Below are positions 37,601 through 49,619 of a stretch of 64,000 nt of DNA, one piece after another; within the stretch, counting starts at the first letter, position 1; each line of letters begins with the position of its first letter. Where the stretch lies: positions 56,492 to 120,491 of the forward strand of contig NIVC01003085.1 of assembly GCA_002269645.1 (NCBI GenBank). The letters run 5' to 3'. Below the pieces are notes generated by a model that was given only the letters and a program-made list of their open reading frames with translations, was not told the DNA's origin and did not search any database. The position numbers and the translations under genes were made by a program. The DNA is from Macrostomum lignano (Eukaryota).

Positions 37601-40600
37601 TACTGAGAGAGCTGGTGTCTGAGCTGAGATCTCCTACTGAGAGAGCTGGTGTCTGAGCTGAGATCTCCTACTGAGAGAGCTGGTGTCTGAGCTGAGATCT
37701 CCTACTGAGAGAGCTGGTGTCTGAGCTGAGATTTCCTACTGAGAGAGCTGGTGTCTGAGCTGAGATCTCCTACTGAGAGAGCTGGTGTCTGAGCTGAGAT
37801 CTCCTACTGAGAGAGCTGGTATCTGAGCTGAGATCTCCTAATGAGAGAGCTGGTGTCTGAGCTGAGATCTCCTACTGAGAGAGCTGGTGTCTGAGCTGAG
37901 ATCTCCTACTGAGAGAGCTGGTGTCTGAGCTGAGATCTCCTACTGAGAGAGCTGGTGTCTGAGCTGAGATCTCCTACTGAGAGAGCTGGTGTCTGAGCTG
38001 AGATCTCCTACTGAGAGAGCTGGTGTCTGAGCTGAGATCTCCTACTGAGAGAGCTGGTGTCTGAGCTGAGATCTCCTACTGAGAGAGCTGGTGTCTGAGC
38101 TGAGATCTCCTACTGAGAGAGCTGGTGTCTGAGCTGAGATCTCCTACTGAGAGAGCTGGTGTCTGAGCTGAGATCTCCTACTGAGAGAGCTGGTGTCTGA
38201 GCTGAGATCTCCTAATGAGAGAGCTGGTGTCTGAGCTGAGATCTCCTACTGAGAGAGCTGGTGTCTGAGCTGAGATCTCCTAATGAGAGAGCTGGTGTCT
38301 GAGCTGAGATCTCCTAATGAGAGAGCTGGCATCTGAGCTGAGATCTCCTACTGAGAGAGCTGGTGTCTGAGCTGAGATCTCCTACTGAGAGAGCTGGTGT
38401 CTGAGCTGAGATCTCCTACTGAGAGAGCTGGTGTCTGAGCTGAGATCTCCTACTGAGAGAGCTGGTGTCTGAGCTGAGATCTCCTACTGAGAGAGCTGGT
38501 GTCTGAGCTGAGATCTCCTACTGAGAGAGCTGGTGTCTGAGCTGAGATCTCCTAATGAGAGAGCTGGTGTCTGAGCTGAGATCTCCTAATGAGAGAGCTG
38601 GTGTCTGAGCTGAGATCTCCTACTGAGAGAGCTGGTGTCTGAGCTGAGATCTCCTACTGAGAGAGCTGGTGTCTGAGCTGAGATCTCCTACTGAGAGAGC
38701 TGGTGTCTGAGCTGAGATCTCCTACTGAGAGAGCTGGTGTCTGAGCTGAGATCTCCTACTGAGAGAGCTGGTGTCTGAGCTGAGATCTCCTACTGAGAGA
38801 GCTGGTGTCTGAGCTGAGATCTCCTACTGAGAGAGCTGGTGTCTGAGCTGAGATCTCCTACTGAGAGAGCTGGTGTCTGAGCTGAGATCTCCTACTGAGA
38901 GAGCTGGTGTCTGAGCTGAGATCTCCTACTGAGAGAGCTGGTGTCTGAGCTGAGATCTCCTACTGAGAGAGCTGGTGTCTGAGCTGAGATCTCCTACTGA
39001 GAGAGCTGGTGTCTGAGCTGAGATCTCATCGAGAATGCTGGTGTCTGAGCTGAGATCTCATCGAGAATGCTGATGTCTGAGCTGAGATCTCATCGAGAAG
39101 GCATGTGTCTGAGCTGAGATCTCATCGAGAATGCTGGTGTCTGAGCTGAGATCTCATCGAGAATGCTGATGTCTGAGCTGAGATCTCATCGAGAAGGCAT
39201 GTGTCTGAGCTGAGATCTCATCGGGAATGCTGGTGTCTGTGGGGCAGTGTACATCTGCCTCCCTCTCTCTCTCCCTCGCTCACTTGGTCCAGCGCTATCA
39301 CTGCCCCGTACAAGTACGTACAGCCAACCACTCACTTCAATAATTGATTTAGCTCGTATTACGCAACTAGTCATAGCCAAATATAAGCCGGCCCTGCTAA
39401 GTGCAAGCGGCCCTTGAGTTATTCTTCATGCCTGCCTAGCACCATATCGCGGCATTAACTTTTCTACATTGGCGTCGCAAGCCATCGGACAAACAAGTGC
39501 CATGGCAAACTTTATTTCTCTGCCACCGCCCGAGCCATTCAATCCATCCAGTGACTCTCAAAACTCAAGCAAGCAGTGGGCGGCCTGGTCAAGCAGATTC
39601 GATGACTTCATCGCAGCGTCTGGAATCTCAGAAGAAAAACAAAAGTGCAAGCTGCTCTCCTACACGGGGGCAGAGAGCTAGCCGAGATCATCAGAGAAGT
39701 GCAGGCCAATCACGAAGACACGAAAGGATCGCTGGAGAGGCTTCTGGCCGAACTGACCAACTATTTCAACGACCGAAAAAACCTGGTCTTCGCACGGTAT
39801 CAGTTTCGGCAGTGCACACAACAGCTGGGAGAGACCATAGACAACTGGTACGCTCGGATGAAAGCATCCGCTGACACCTGCGACTTCGGAGAACTTCGAG
39901 ATTCCATCATTCGTGATCAGTTGGTCGCCACCTGCCTCTCTGACGCACTTCGTCGCCGACTACTGCGAGAATCTGACATTTCGCTCAGCGACGCTCTCAA
40001 GTGTGCGAGAGCCTACGAAGCTTCAGAAGCGCAAGCAACCGCAATCGAGCAATCGAAGGACTCGACCGTCGCTGCTATCAGCCAGCAAGGCACCACGCAA
40101 CGGCAACGGCATCGGCAACAACAGCCAAACAGAAGAAGTTATTTGGACCGCCCACCACAATCAACAAGTCAATCCCTCACCTGCTACAGATGCGGCGAAT
40201 CCGGCCACAGCAACTGTGAAGCTGCTAGAGGCAAAACTTGCAGCAACTGCGGAAAACCGAACCATTTGGCAAAGGCGTGCCTCGGGGCAACGCAGGCGCG
40301 GCTCGATATTCGAAAGTGAACTCTGTTTCAACTGAAGAAGCACAAATTCTCTACACCGACGAGAGCATTACTGAGGGCGTCTTCACTCTGCCCGCTGACC
40401 AGGTGCAGTACCCAGAAGATGTGACAGTGCGAGTCCTGGTTGGAGGTGAGCCTCTAGATATGATGGTAGACAGCGGGGCCAGCTGCAACATCATGAGCGA
40501 TGAGACATTCAAGAAGCTCCACGGAGTGCAACTTCTCCATACCAACCGCGTCATCAAGGCGTACGGCGCATCTGCCCCGCTCAACATCAAAGGAATGTCG

Positions 40601-43600
40601 CATCTTGTAATCACCGTGGGCAAGAACTGCTGCAAGACGCCGTTCTACGTGATGGAAGGGCGGGGTGCCACATTACTCGGGCGCCAGGCCGCCTTTGAAC
40701 TCGGTTTGCTCGAAATTCGCCGGCCGAAGCAGCTCGCCGACGTCAGCGCTGTCGAAGCAAAACCTTCCGAATGATCCACAACTGAGGACAGTCTTGCAGA
40801 AGCACAAGAATTTCTTCACAGGGCTCGGCTGCGTCAAAGGCGTCGAGGTATCAGTGCGACTCCAAGAAGATGCCATCCCGGCCTGCCATCCACCAGCCCG
40901 AGTTCCGGTCCACCTAAAGACAGCAGTGGAAAAAGAGCTGCAGGGTTTACTGGACTTAGACGTCATCGAGCCGGTAACCGGTCCCACACCGTGGGTGTCT
41001 CGCATGGTCGTTGTACCGAAGTCGTCTGGAGGCGTCAGAATATGCCAAGACCTTCGAGACCTCAACAAATTTGTGATCCCGGAAAAGCAAGCCATACCCA
41101 CCTTGGACGAGGTCACAGAAGAGATGGCCGGAGCAACCCTATTCAGCGAGCTGGACATCTGCAAAGCATTCTACCAAATACCGGTGGATGAAGAAAGCCG
41201 ACACTTGTTCACATTCAGCACCCCCATCGGATTGATGCGGCTAAAGCGACTGAGCATGGGGTTTACAAGTGCCTCTGAAATCTTGCAGCGGATCATGTCA
41301 GGAGTGCTCAGCGGCCTCCCCGGAGTCCGGTGGATCCATGATGACGTCATAATATATGCGGACAGTATGCAGCAGCACAATCAGCGCCTTGACGACTGCC
41401 TCACTAGGCTCTCAGAGTGTGGACTCACGGTCAACCCGGAAAAATGCAAGTTCGCCAAAAGTTCCATCAGCTTCCTCGGCGTTACATTATCGGCCAAGGG
41501 CATTTCGGCGCCAGCTGAGAAAATCCAAGCAGTCCAGGATTTTCGACCACCAACCAACGCATCCGAGACTCGGTCCTTCCTGGGACTGGCGAATTATTTG
41601 TCAAAGTTCATCCCGAGCTTCGCCGACCTGACAGCCCCACTGCGCGAGCTAACCAAGAAGTGCAAGCGCTGGGAATGGACGACTCAGCATGCAGAGGCCT
41701 TCAACGCGTTGAAAAGCGCTATCAGCAAGCCAGAAACGCTGGCCTTCTTTGATTGCAATCGGTCCACAGAACTTGTCGTCGATGCTTCACCAATCGGACT
41801 GGGCGCAATTCTCAGCCAGAAGCAACCGAATGGCACCGTCAGGCCCGTCGCCTACGCCAGTCGAACTCTGACTCCAGTTGAGCAGCGCTACTCACAAATA
41901 GAGCGCGAGGCTTTGGCCGTAAAATTCGGCTGCCTTAAGTTCGACTTCTACTTGGCTGGCAATTCGAATTTTACCATCGTCACAGATCACAAGCCTCTGA
42001 TCCCGCTTTTTAAGCCGGGTTCACGGCCGCCGCCGAGAATTGAGCGAATGGCGCTCCGCATCCAACATCTTCAGTTCAAGCTCGAATACCGGCCCGGCGC
42101 ATCGAACCCGTCGGACCTTCTAAGCCGACAGCCGATGCCAACAGATCTGTCTCGTGCTATCGGTGAAACTCTAGACGCCGCCTACATCAACGCAGTGGTC
42201 AAAAGTGCTGTCCCCCGCGGTCTATCTCTAAAAGACTTCAAAACAGCTACCGGAAGCGACATGGACATCCAGGCTGCCATCACCGGCATCAAGACGCAGC
42301 ATTGGAACCAGCACAGCAGTACACAGCGAACCTTCAAAGGAATCGAGCACGAGCTATCAGAAAGCGACGGAGTTCTACTCCGCGGTGACTTGATCGTCGT
42401 GCCTTCATCGCTGCGGCGGCAGGTCTTAGCACTGGCACACACTGGACATCTCAGCGCCGAGCGGACACTCCAGCGGCTGCAGACCAAGGTGTGGTGGCCA
42501 GGGGTTCGAGCCGACTGCGAGGCATTCGTTCAAGCTTGTCTGCCATGTCAGGCCACATCCCACGCTACCTACCATGCGCCGCTGAGGCCTACAAAGATCC
42601 CGGATGGGGCCTGGCTCCTGCTAGGAATGGACTTCTATGGGCCCATCCAAGGACAGATGCTTCTCGTCACGACGGACCTGTTTTCTAAATATCCTGAAAT
42701 CAACTACGTCAGCTCAACATCAGCAGCAACAGTTATTCCTCACATACGACAGCTCTTCGCCCGCCACGGGGTCCCGCTGGAGCTGATCACAGACAACGGG
42801 CCGCCTTTCAGCTCGCACGAGTTCCGCGCTTTCCTGACCTCGTTCGGCGTCAAACACCGCCTCATCTGCCCGCTGCATCCTGAAGCCAACGGTGCCACCG
42901 AACGCGTCAATCGCTCAGTGAACAAAGTTGTCAGAGCCGCTATCGCTGAAGGTCGCTGCTGGAAAGAGGCGCTGGATGAGTGGCTCCTCGCATTCCAGGT
43001 GACGCCGCACAGAGCCACAGGCAAAGCGCCGGCTGAACTTCTGATGGGTCGCAGAGTTAACGACGTCATTCCATCGGTCAGACCATCACGGCGAGCCAGC
43101 TGGTCTACCAGTGACATCAAGAACCGGCACAACCGCTACAACGACAACATGAAGGCCGGCTTCGACAAGACCAAGCGGGTTCGACAGCACAGCATCCGGC
43201 CGGGTGACCGAGTCCTTCGACGGCAGAACAAGTCCAAGCTGCACACCCCGTTCGAACTGGAACCCTGGGTGGTCGAGTCCGTCAAAGGCGACACATTCAC
43301 TCTGCAACGGCAAGGACAGTCGTGCATGCGTCACCTGGTGCACATCCGGCCGGTTTCACAGCCGCTGCATCCGCCTGAAGCAGCGGCCGGCCAGCCGCCA
43401 GCCAGCGCGGGTCCCGCTGAAGCAGACGACGGCGAGTCAATCGCAATGCGCAGTCACTCGAGAAGAGCGCGAGACGCAGTGATTAACTACAAACTGTGAT
43501 TTAAAAAGAATTGACTGTCTAATATCATTAACTGTCGCCGCTGCCAATCGTTTTTTTGCGAATTCGTAGTCAGTTCAATATTTTTGTTTTAATGTCCCCA

Positions 43601-45807
43601 TTACGAATATCTCTTTTTGTCTCAACGCGTGCCAAGACTAATATTCGCGCATTTTGTAATACTATGTGTTTGCTGCATTTTTACTATCCACAGCTTTTTC
43701 TCGCTCGTACTTACTTCGGCATTGCAATTTTTCGAATTTCTCTTTTGTCGTTCAAGCAGAAACTGCGTTTCTTTTCCGTTTGGGGAGAAATGTGGGGCAG
43801 TGTACATCTGCCTCCCTCTCTCTCTCCCTCGCTCACTTGGTCCAGCGCTATCACTGCCCCGTACAAGTACGTACAGCCAACCACTCACTTCAATAATTGA
43901 TTTAGCTCGTATTACGCAACTAGTCATAGCCAAATATAAGCCGGCCCTGCTAAGTGCAAGCGGCCCTTGAGTTATTCTTCATGCCTGCCTAGCACCATAT
44001 CGCGGCATTAACTTTTCTACAGTGTCTGAGCTGAGATCTCATCGAGAAGGCATGTGTCTGAGCTGAAATCTCATCGAGAAGGCAGGTGTCTGAGCTGAGA
44101 TCTCATCGAGAAGGCATGTGTCTGAGCTGAGATCTCATCGAGAATGCTGGTGTCTGAGCTGAGATCTCATCGAGAAGGCATGTGTCTGAGCTGAAATCTC
44201 ATCGAGAAGGCAGGTGTCTGAGCTGAGATCTCATCGAGAATGCTGGTGTCTGAGCTGAGATCTCATCGAGAAGGCATGTGTCTGAGCTGAGATCTCATCG
44301 GGAATGCTGGTGTCTGAGCTGAGATCTCATCGAGAAGGCATGTGTCTGAGCTGAGATCTCATCGGGAATGCTGGTGTCTGAGCTGAGATCTCATCGAGAA
44401 GGCAGGTGTCTGAGCTGAGATCTCAGTCAGATCGGATCAAATCTGTCCGTCTGCCTTTCTGTCTTCGTGCCCTACGAGCAGTCTTGGCCCGCTGTCCTCA
44501 GGGCTACCGACTGGTGGGCGGCGCGCAGAGTCTGAGCCTCCGCCTGGCCGACCGGCTGGGCCCCGGCCGGCTGCGGCTCGGCAGCCCCGTGGCCGGCGTT
44601 GAAGAGGTCGAGGCTTCGTCATCGGCGTCAGCCGATGCGCCAGACGGAGGCGCCCGCCTGGCCGTCCGCCTGAGCAGCGGAGACCGCCTGCTGGCCCGCC
44701 TGGTCATCGCTGCCGTGCCGCCCAACCAGCTGGCCCGTCTGGCCCTGCCCTCCTCCGAGCCGGCCGCCGTCAGCCTGCAGACGGCCGTCGGTGCCGCGGT
44801 GCCGTCTCATTACGCCAAGTTTATCGTAACCTACTCGGAGGCCTGGTGGCGACGGCTCGGCTACTCTGGCGAGCTGTTCAGCTGCGACCCGCTGTCCCCC
44901 ATTGTGACCGGATTCGACGGTTGGTGGCCTGCAGGACGGAATTACCTGCGGGTTCACTTCCGGTTCTCTAATCCGATTAACTTCCGGTTCTCTCATCCGA
45001 TTAACTTCCGGTTCTCTCATCCGATTAACTTCCGGTTCTCTAATCCGATTAACTTCCGGTTCTCTCATCCGATTAACTTCCGGTTCTCTCATCCGATTAA
45101 CTTCCGGTTCTCTCATCCGATTAACTTCCGGTTCTCTCATCCGATTAACTTCCGGTTCTCTAATCCGATTAACTTCCGGTTCTCTTATCCAATTCACTTC
45201 CGGTTCTCTAATCCGATTAACTTCCGGTTCTCTAATGTTTTAATTTTTCATTCTTATCCTGGTTCCCATGGAATTGGCATCCGGTTCCCATCGAATTCAC
45301 ATCCGGTTTCCATCGAATTCACATCCAGTTCCCATCGAGTTCACATTTGGTTCCCATCGAATTCACATCCGATTCTCAACACCAGGCACCACGGACACCG
45401 GATCAGCTGCTCTGGTGCTACTATCGGCCGGTCGGCCCTCTCAGGACCTCGAGTGCCTGCCTACGCCGGAGGCCCGTCGCGAGGCGGTTCTCCGCCATCT
45501 GGCCAAATTCTTCCCTCATGATTCAGCCTCCGGCCTCGCTGCCGACTGCCTCCACTTCGCCGAGAAGTTCTGGCGCGCCGAGCCATTCAACGGCGGCTGC
45601 CCATCTGACGTGGCGCCCTGTGGATTCGGCCGGTTCCACCTGGCCGACCTGGCCGCGGCCACTGCTGGTCTGTGCGACGGCCGTCTGCTGTTTGCCGGCA
45701 CCGAGTTCGCGCGCCGCTGGGTCGGCTACATGGAAGGCGCCATTGAGAGCGGCGAGCGGGCGGCCACCGCCGCGGCGACCAAGCTGGAAGATGGCCAGGA
45801 CGGCTGA
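34697..45807 (+). CDS. MAO: Flavin-containing monoamine oxidase-like protein, multi-exon
   Basis: Exons 34697-34975 (FDALIIGAGISGLVAA...VLEAKDRVGGRT...DLGGQWVG), 35694-35897, 36538-36738, 44502-44919 (GGAQSLS...LGSPV...YAKFIVTYSEAWWR) and 45386-45807 (EKFW..EPFNGGC...RLLFAGTE...GYMEGAIESGERAA). Phases 0,0,0,1 are consistent. No ATG lies in frame in the first exon; a possible cis exon is 33140-33226. Confidence 0.88.
35038..35650. repeat. 40-bp tandem satellite (~15 copies) filling the first MAO intron
   Basis: AGATCTCAGATGTGTCAAATTGGAGGAAATGGCGCTAATG repeated almost identically. Confidence 0.95.
36075..36365. repeat. 14-bp minisatellite (CCAAGTGTCTGTGA) in a MAO intron
   Basis: Seen directly. 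Confidence 0.95.
36760..39237. repeat. 34-bp satellite (GAGAGAGCTGGTGTCTGAGCTGAGATCTCCTACT), grading into 30-31-bp variants; resumes at 44022-44423
   Basis: Homogeneous tandem array interrupted by the LTR element. Confidence 0.95.
39238..44021 (+). mobile_element. Full-length Ty3/Gypsy LTR retrotransposon (Mag-like), recent insertion
   Basis: 231-bp LTRs at 39238-39468 and 43791-44021 (TG...CA, no difference seen by eye); 5-bp TSD GTGTC; PBS-like TGGCGTCGC after the 5' LTR; PPT GGGGAGAAA before the 3' LTR. Confidence 0.95.
39502..43499 (+). CDS. Gag-Pol polyprotein of the LTR element (gag with two CCHC knuckles, protease, RT, RNase H, integrase), with three 1-bp indels
   Basis: CYRCGESGH...CSNCGKPNHLAKAC; VDSGASCN; WIHDDVII; VDASPIGLGAIL; TDHKPL; H-x3-H...C-x2-C; GMDFYGP, TDNGPPF, NGATER. 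Frame changes occur near 39665, 40290 and 40760. The pol frame is open from ~40760 to 43499. Confidence 0.88.
44955..45375. repeat. 24-bp (TTCCGGTTCTCTCATCCGATTAAC) and ~22-bp minisatellites in the last MAO intron
   Basis: Seen directly. Confidence 0.9.
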
Positions 45808-45816
45808 TTCGAGAGC

Positions 45817-46380
45817 AGGGACTGAGGGACAAGGGACTGAGGGACAAGGGACTGAGGGACAAGGGACTGAGGGACAAGGGACTGAGGGACAAGGGACTGT
45901 AGGACAAGGGACTGAGGGACAAGAACTGAGGGATAAGGGACAAGGGACTGAGGGACAAGGGACTGTGGGACAAGGGACTGAGGGACAAGGGACTGAGGGA
46001 CAAGGGACTGTGGGACAAGCGACTGAGGGACAAGGGACAAGGGACTGAGGGACAAGGGACTGAGGGACAAGGGACTGAGGGACAAGGGACTGAGGGACAA
46101 GGGACTGAGGGACAAGGGACTGTGGGACAAGGGACTGAGGGACAAGGGACTGAGGGACAAGGGACTGAGGGACAAGGGACTGTAGGACAAGGGACTGAGG
46201 GACAAGGGACTGAGGGACAAGGGACTGAGGGACAAGGGACTGTGGGACAAGGGACTGAGGGACAAGGGACTGTGGGACAAGGGACTGAGGGACAAGGGAC
46301 TGAGGGACAAGGGACTGTGGGACAAGGGACTGAGGGACAAGGGACTGAGGGACAAGGGACTGAGGGACAGGGACTGAGGG
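45817..46380. repeat. 15-bp minisatellite (GGGACAAGGGACTGA) starting just after the MAO stop codon
   Basis: Seen directly. Confidence 0.95.
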
Positions 46381-47046
46381 AACTGGGATTGGAGCACAGG
46401 GATTTGTCGGCAAGGTTAGAAAGCAAGGACGTCAATTCGATGACAGGGACTCGGCGATCCAGGAATGTTATAAGACGGGATTGAAGTGAGGGCACCGAAA
46501 ACCAATAAATTTGAGTGGCCAATTGTGTCCATTCGAGCAGTTCATTCACTAATTCGATGGTAAATTTCAAATTTTGTTTTATTTTAACAGTACTTCATTA
46601 TCATGTCAAATAATAAAGTTTTAGCTGCTTAAATCATAAAATTTTTACCAATTTTTATTTATTTATTGCAAATCAAAACTGAATTCATAATTTTTATTCA
46701 AGTTTTCTGTAGAGACTGGCTGTACCAGAGTTCGCTTATTGTGTGTCTCGTGGATCAGTCAGGCTTAACTGACTTTTTATAAGATTCAAATTATATGATA
46801 ATATAAAATATTAATTCACAACTAGCATTTTGATTATAGAGCTAGCAAACTATATTTGTCATCTGGCGCATTTTATTTCGGTCAAGCATCATTATTAATC
46901 GTAAAACTTGTCGAACTTACGAGATTAGCTGTTTCTAAGGTGCGAATGACCGCGGCACCAGCGACCGAGCCCCGAGACCCAATCAGCAACTCAACCCAGC
47001 AGCCAGTCTCAAGAAGCCAGCAACCAAAGCACCCAGCTCAGCAGCC

Positions 47047-47334
47047 ATGTACAAGCTCATCTGCCTGTTCGCTCTCGTGGCCTTCGCCGCCGCCGCCTAC
47101 ACTCCGGAGCAGAAGAACGAGGTCGTGAACGACATCATTCACGAGGTCGTTCCCGTGCTCAGCATCGACACCAACTGCCTGCTGCAGAACGGCATCGACT
47201 CCGTGAACTGCCTGATCTCCAACCTGGCCTCCTGCTACTTCGCCCACGGCACCAACATCAGCCAGCTGGCCGGCTGCCTGGCCAACAAGTGCGGCGGCAG
47301 CGCCATCCAGATTCTCAGCTGCATCAAGCTGTAA
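47047..47334 (+). CDS. Small secreted six-cysteine protein, copy A (unknown family)
   Basis: Single-exon 95-aa ORF with a signal peptide ending AAA-AY; mature part C-x10-C-x7-C-x13-C-x4-C-x9-C; GC3-rich codons; conserved in five other copies. Confidence 0.88.
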   Translation: MYKLICLFALVAFAAAAYTPEQKNEVVNDIIHEVVPVLSIDTNCLLQNGIDSVNCLISNLASCYFAHGTNISQLAGCLANKCGGSAIQILSCIKL

Positions 47335-47500
47335 ATGCTCTGCTTGCTGTGTTCTCATAGATAGCTAGATTTCAAATACACTTTGGCTAAATCCAAATCA
47401 GGTGCCATATCTATTAATTAACTGCGATTCACACGCCAAGTCACCGAGAATGTAGATTCCTGACGATCAGAAAGTCAGGGCCGCTGTACAGCCTTGTGAG

Positions 47501-47503
<3 letters not shown>

Positions 47504-47538
<35 letters not shown>
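47504..47538. repeat. (TG)n microsatellite
   Basis: Seen directly. Confidence 0.95.
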
Positions 47539-47539
<1 letters not shown>

Positions 47540-47797
47540 TGCGTACAGTTTCCATCAAATCACATAGTGTACATTTTTCGGGCCTGTGATTCAATCTCTG
47601 TATTTTGTATATTTCTGAGACGGCTCTAACTGTAGGCAATTGAATGCGAACAAGAATACCTGTATATGAGATTCTAATATGAATACAGTTATAACAATGT
47701 CAATAATATTAATTACGATGATAATAACAATAATAAAAGCACAAGCGACTTCAGAAAGCATGTTCAATAACAGTGAAGTACCGCATTGGTGTGGCTG

Positions 47798-48355
47798 TCA
47801 CACTGCACTTTTAGCCTCCAGCCGCAGGCCGACAGTCAGCCAGCCGGTCGGGCTGACATAAACGCAGTCATCGCCGCTGAGGCGCTGGCTGTCCATCAGC
47901 ACAACGCCCTGACTGAGCACCGACAGGTCCTCCGGGGTGGCGGGTTGCGGCGCCAGCTGCAGCCGGGTCAGCGGCTCCCGGGCCAGCACCAGGTCGGGCA
48001 CGCCGGCTCGCTGACCGAAGACGGTCCAGGTGGCGAACAGGCGGCATTTCTGTGGAGCCGAGCTGCCGGGCCTCCGGTGCAGGTAGGCGACAAGAACGGC
48101 GGAGTCGTCTGCAGAGTCTGCAGGGCGCGGCCTGTCAGAGCACCGCTGGCGGAGCCGTCGAATCCGAATGGACAGCGACAGGCCGGCCAGCTGGAACACC
48201 TCCGAGTGCAGGTCGAGCGGCTGATCGGGCAACAGCAGCCGGTGCAGCGGCAGGTGCAGCTGGACCTCCGACATGGCAGCAGAGACTGGCGACGTCAGCA
48301 AGCTGCAGTCCGTGCCGCAGTCTGCAACAAGCTCACAGTCGACGGGACGAACCAT
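47798..48355 (-). CDS. Standalone MATH/TRAF-like domain protein (185 aa; second ATG at 48274)
   Basis: Open GC-rich frame with beta-strand spacing resembling MATH: SEVFQLAGLSLSIRI...LVAYLHR...CRLFATWTVFGQ...GVVLMDSQRL...YVSPTGWLTVGLRL. The domain call is by pattern only. Confidence 0.6.
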   Translation of the reverse strand: MVRPVDCELVADCGTDCSLLTSPVSAAMSEVQLHLPLHRLLLPDQPLDLHSEVFQLAGLSLSIRIRRLRQRCSDRPRPADSADDSAVLVAYLHRRPGSSAPQKCRLFATWTVFGQRAGVPDLVLAREPLTRLQLAPQPATPEDLSVLSQGVVLMDSQRLSGDDCVYVSPTGWLTVGLRLEAKSAV

Positions 48356-49619
48356 GCTGCTAAAAATGGGAACTTATTGAACTGATCTTTGTGTGTCTGA
48401 GAGGGAAAATTCGAACGCACGGCAGGTCGGCGGCAAACCGACGGGAATTCCGCGGAATTTCCGGCTTGCTTGCTTCTTAAAGAGTAAGACAGGCATAATA
48501 GCATGTGTTGTCGCTTCAGCTAGGATAGACGAACAAATTAAGCCTAGAACAGCGATGCCGAATTGGAGCATCTCATAAAAATAGTGTATAGAAAAAATGG
48601 CTTTGAGTACATACAATTGGCTGTCCCAGGATAGTCCGCGGAAATACGTTGGAATACGCGCGGGAATTCCGTGGAAAAACCCGCACAGTATAAATTAATA
48701 AATGTTTTCTGGGGAGTTCCGAACCACCGGCATGTCCGCATCTCTTCCCAAGCACTTCAAAGTCATCAACTGCTTTGCTTATTGGTTGCTCCAAAGCCCA
48801 TTGTGCCTAGTTTCGTTTGGGCCACAAACGATTGCGTCGACGGAAATTGTGAACTAAGTAAATTTTTGCGCGCCTTTCAGGCATCGAAACAGGAATACAA
48901 CAGATTGCTTATCTGCGAATAGTCTATGGTCAAGCCGCCCCCATCTTTGGATATTCCCAACGGGTTATATTTGGATATACCCATTTGCAGATGAGCAATC
49001 TGTATATTCCTGTATCAATGCGTTTGCGAGGATATTTTTTATTCAATACAACAAAGCTGAATAAACAGATTGTATACATGTACGAAAAGAAAAATAATAA
49101 GAAATGTCTTTAGACGTTACACTCACATCAGCCGAATTGCGTGGTTTGTTCCGCATGGAATCCTCGGGGCAAGCCTCTTCTTTGCTTGGCAGTGGTGGCA
49201 GAGCATCATCGTTACCGCATTCAATGAATAGGATGAACTCCATCAACTCTTCGTCATCCGCCTCGTCACGTTCACCCATACTCAAGTCGCTGAGAAAGTT
49301 GACCTCATTTCCATTCAAGCCGTCAATGCTTTCAATCGGCAAATTCGACCAATTTATCATTCGTATGAGTGGCATGAATAGAGGTTAGGGCAAACAGAAG
49401 AAACAGGAACATGTTATCCTCTGCTGCAGAGTTCCAGCTTATAAGACCACAACTTCATTTAACATGTTTCGTCTATGGTAATTTCAGGCTGCTCCGCTTA
49501 ACTTTTCGTTCCAGACGTTTAGTCTATGGCCATCATTTGGCTTGCACCAAGTGGAAAATGGGGAGTTGTGTCCTAGCCCTTTTGAATTGGTTTTTGGTCG
49601 AAAATAGACACAATTCCAC

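Noticed and set aside
45523-46570. CPSVP/QSLVP/GQGTE repeat ORFs
   Set aside because: 15-bp minisatellite downstream of the MAO stop codon.
48400-49390. Acidic 110-aa ORF (49043-49375, minus) and a nearby CCCAG/GGAATTCC-rich stretch as a gene or transposon
   Set aside because: No recognisable domain, downstream frames have stops, and no matching second terminus was found. Left unannotated.
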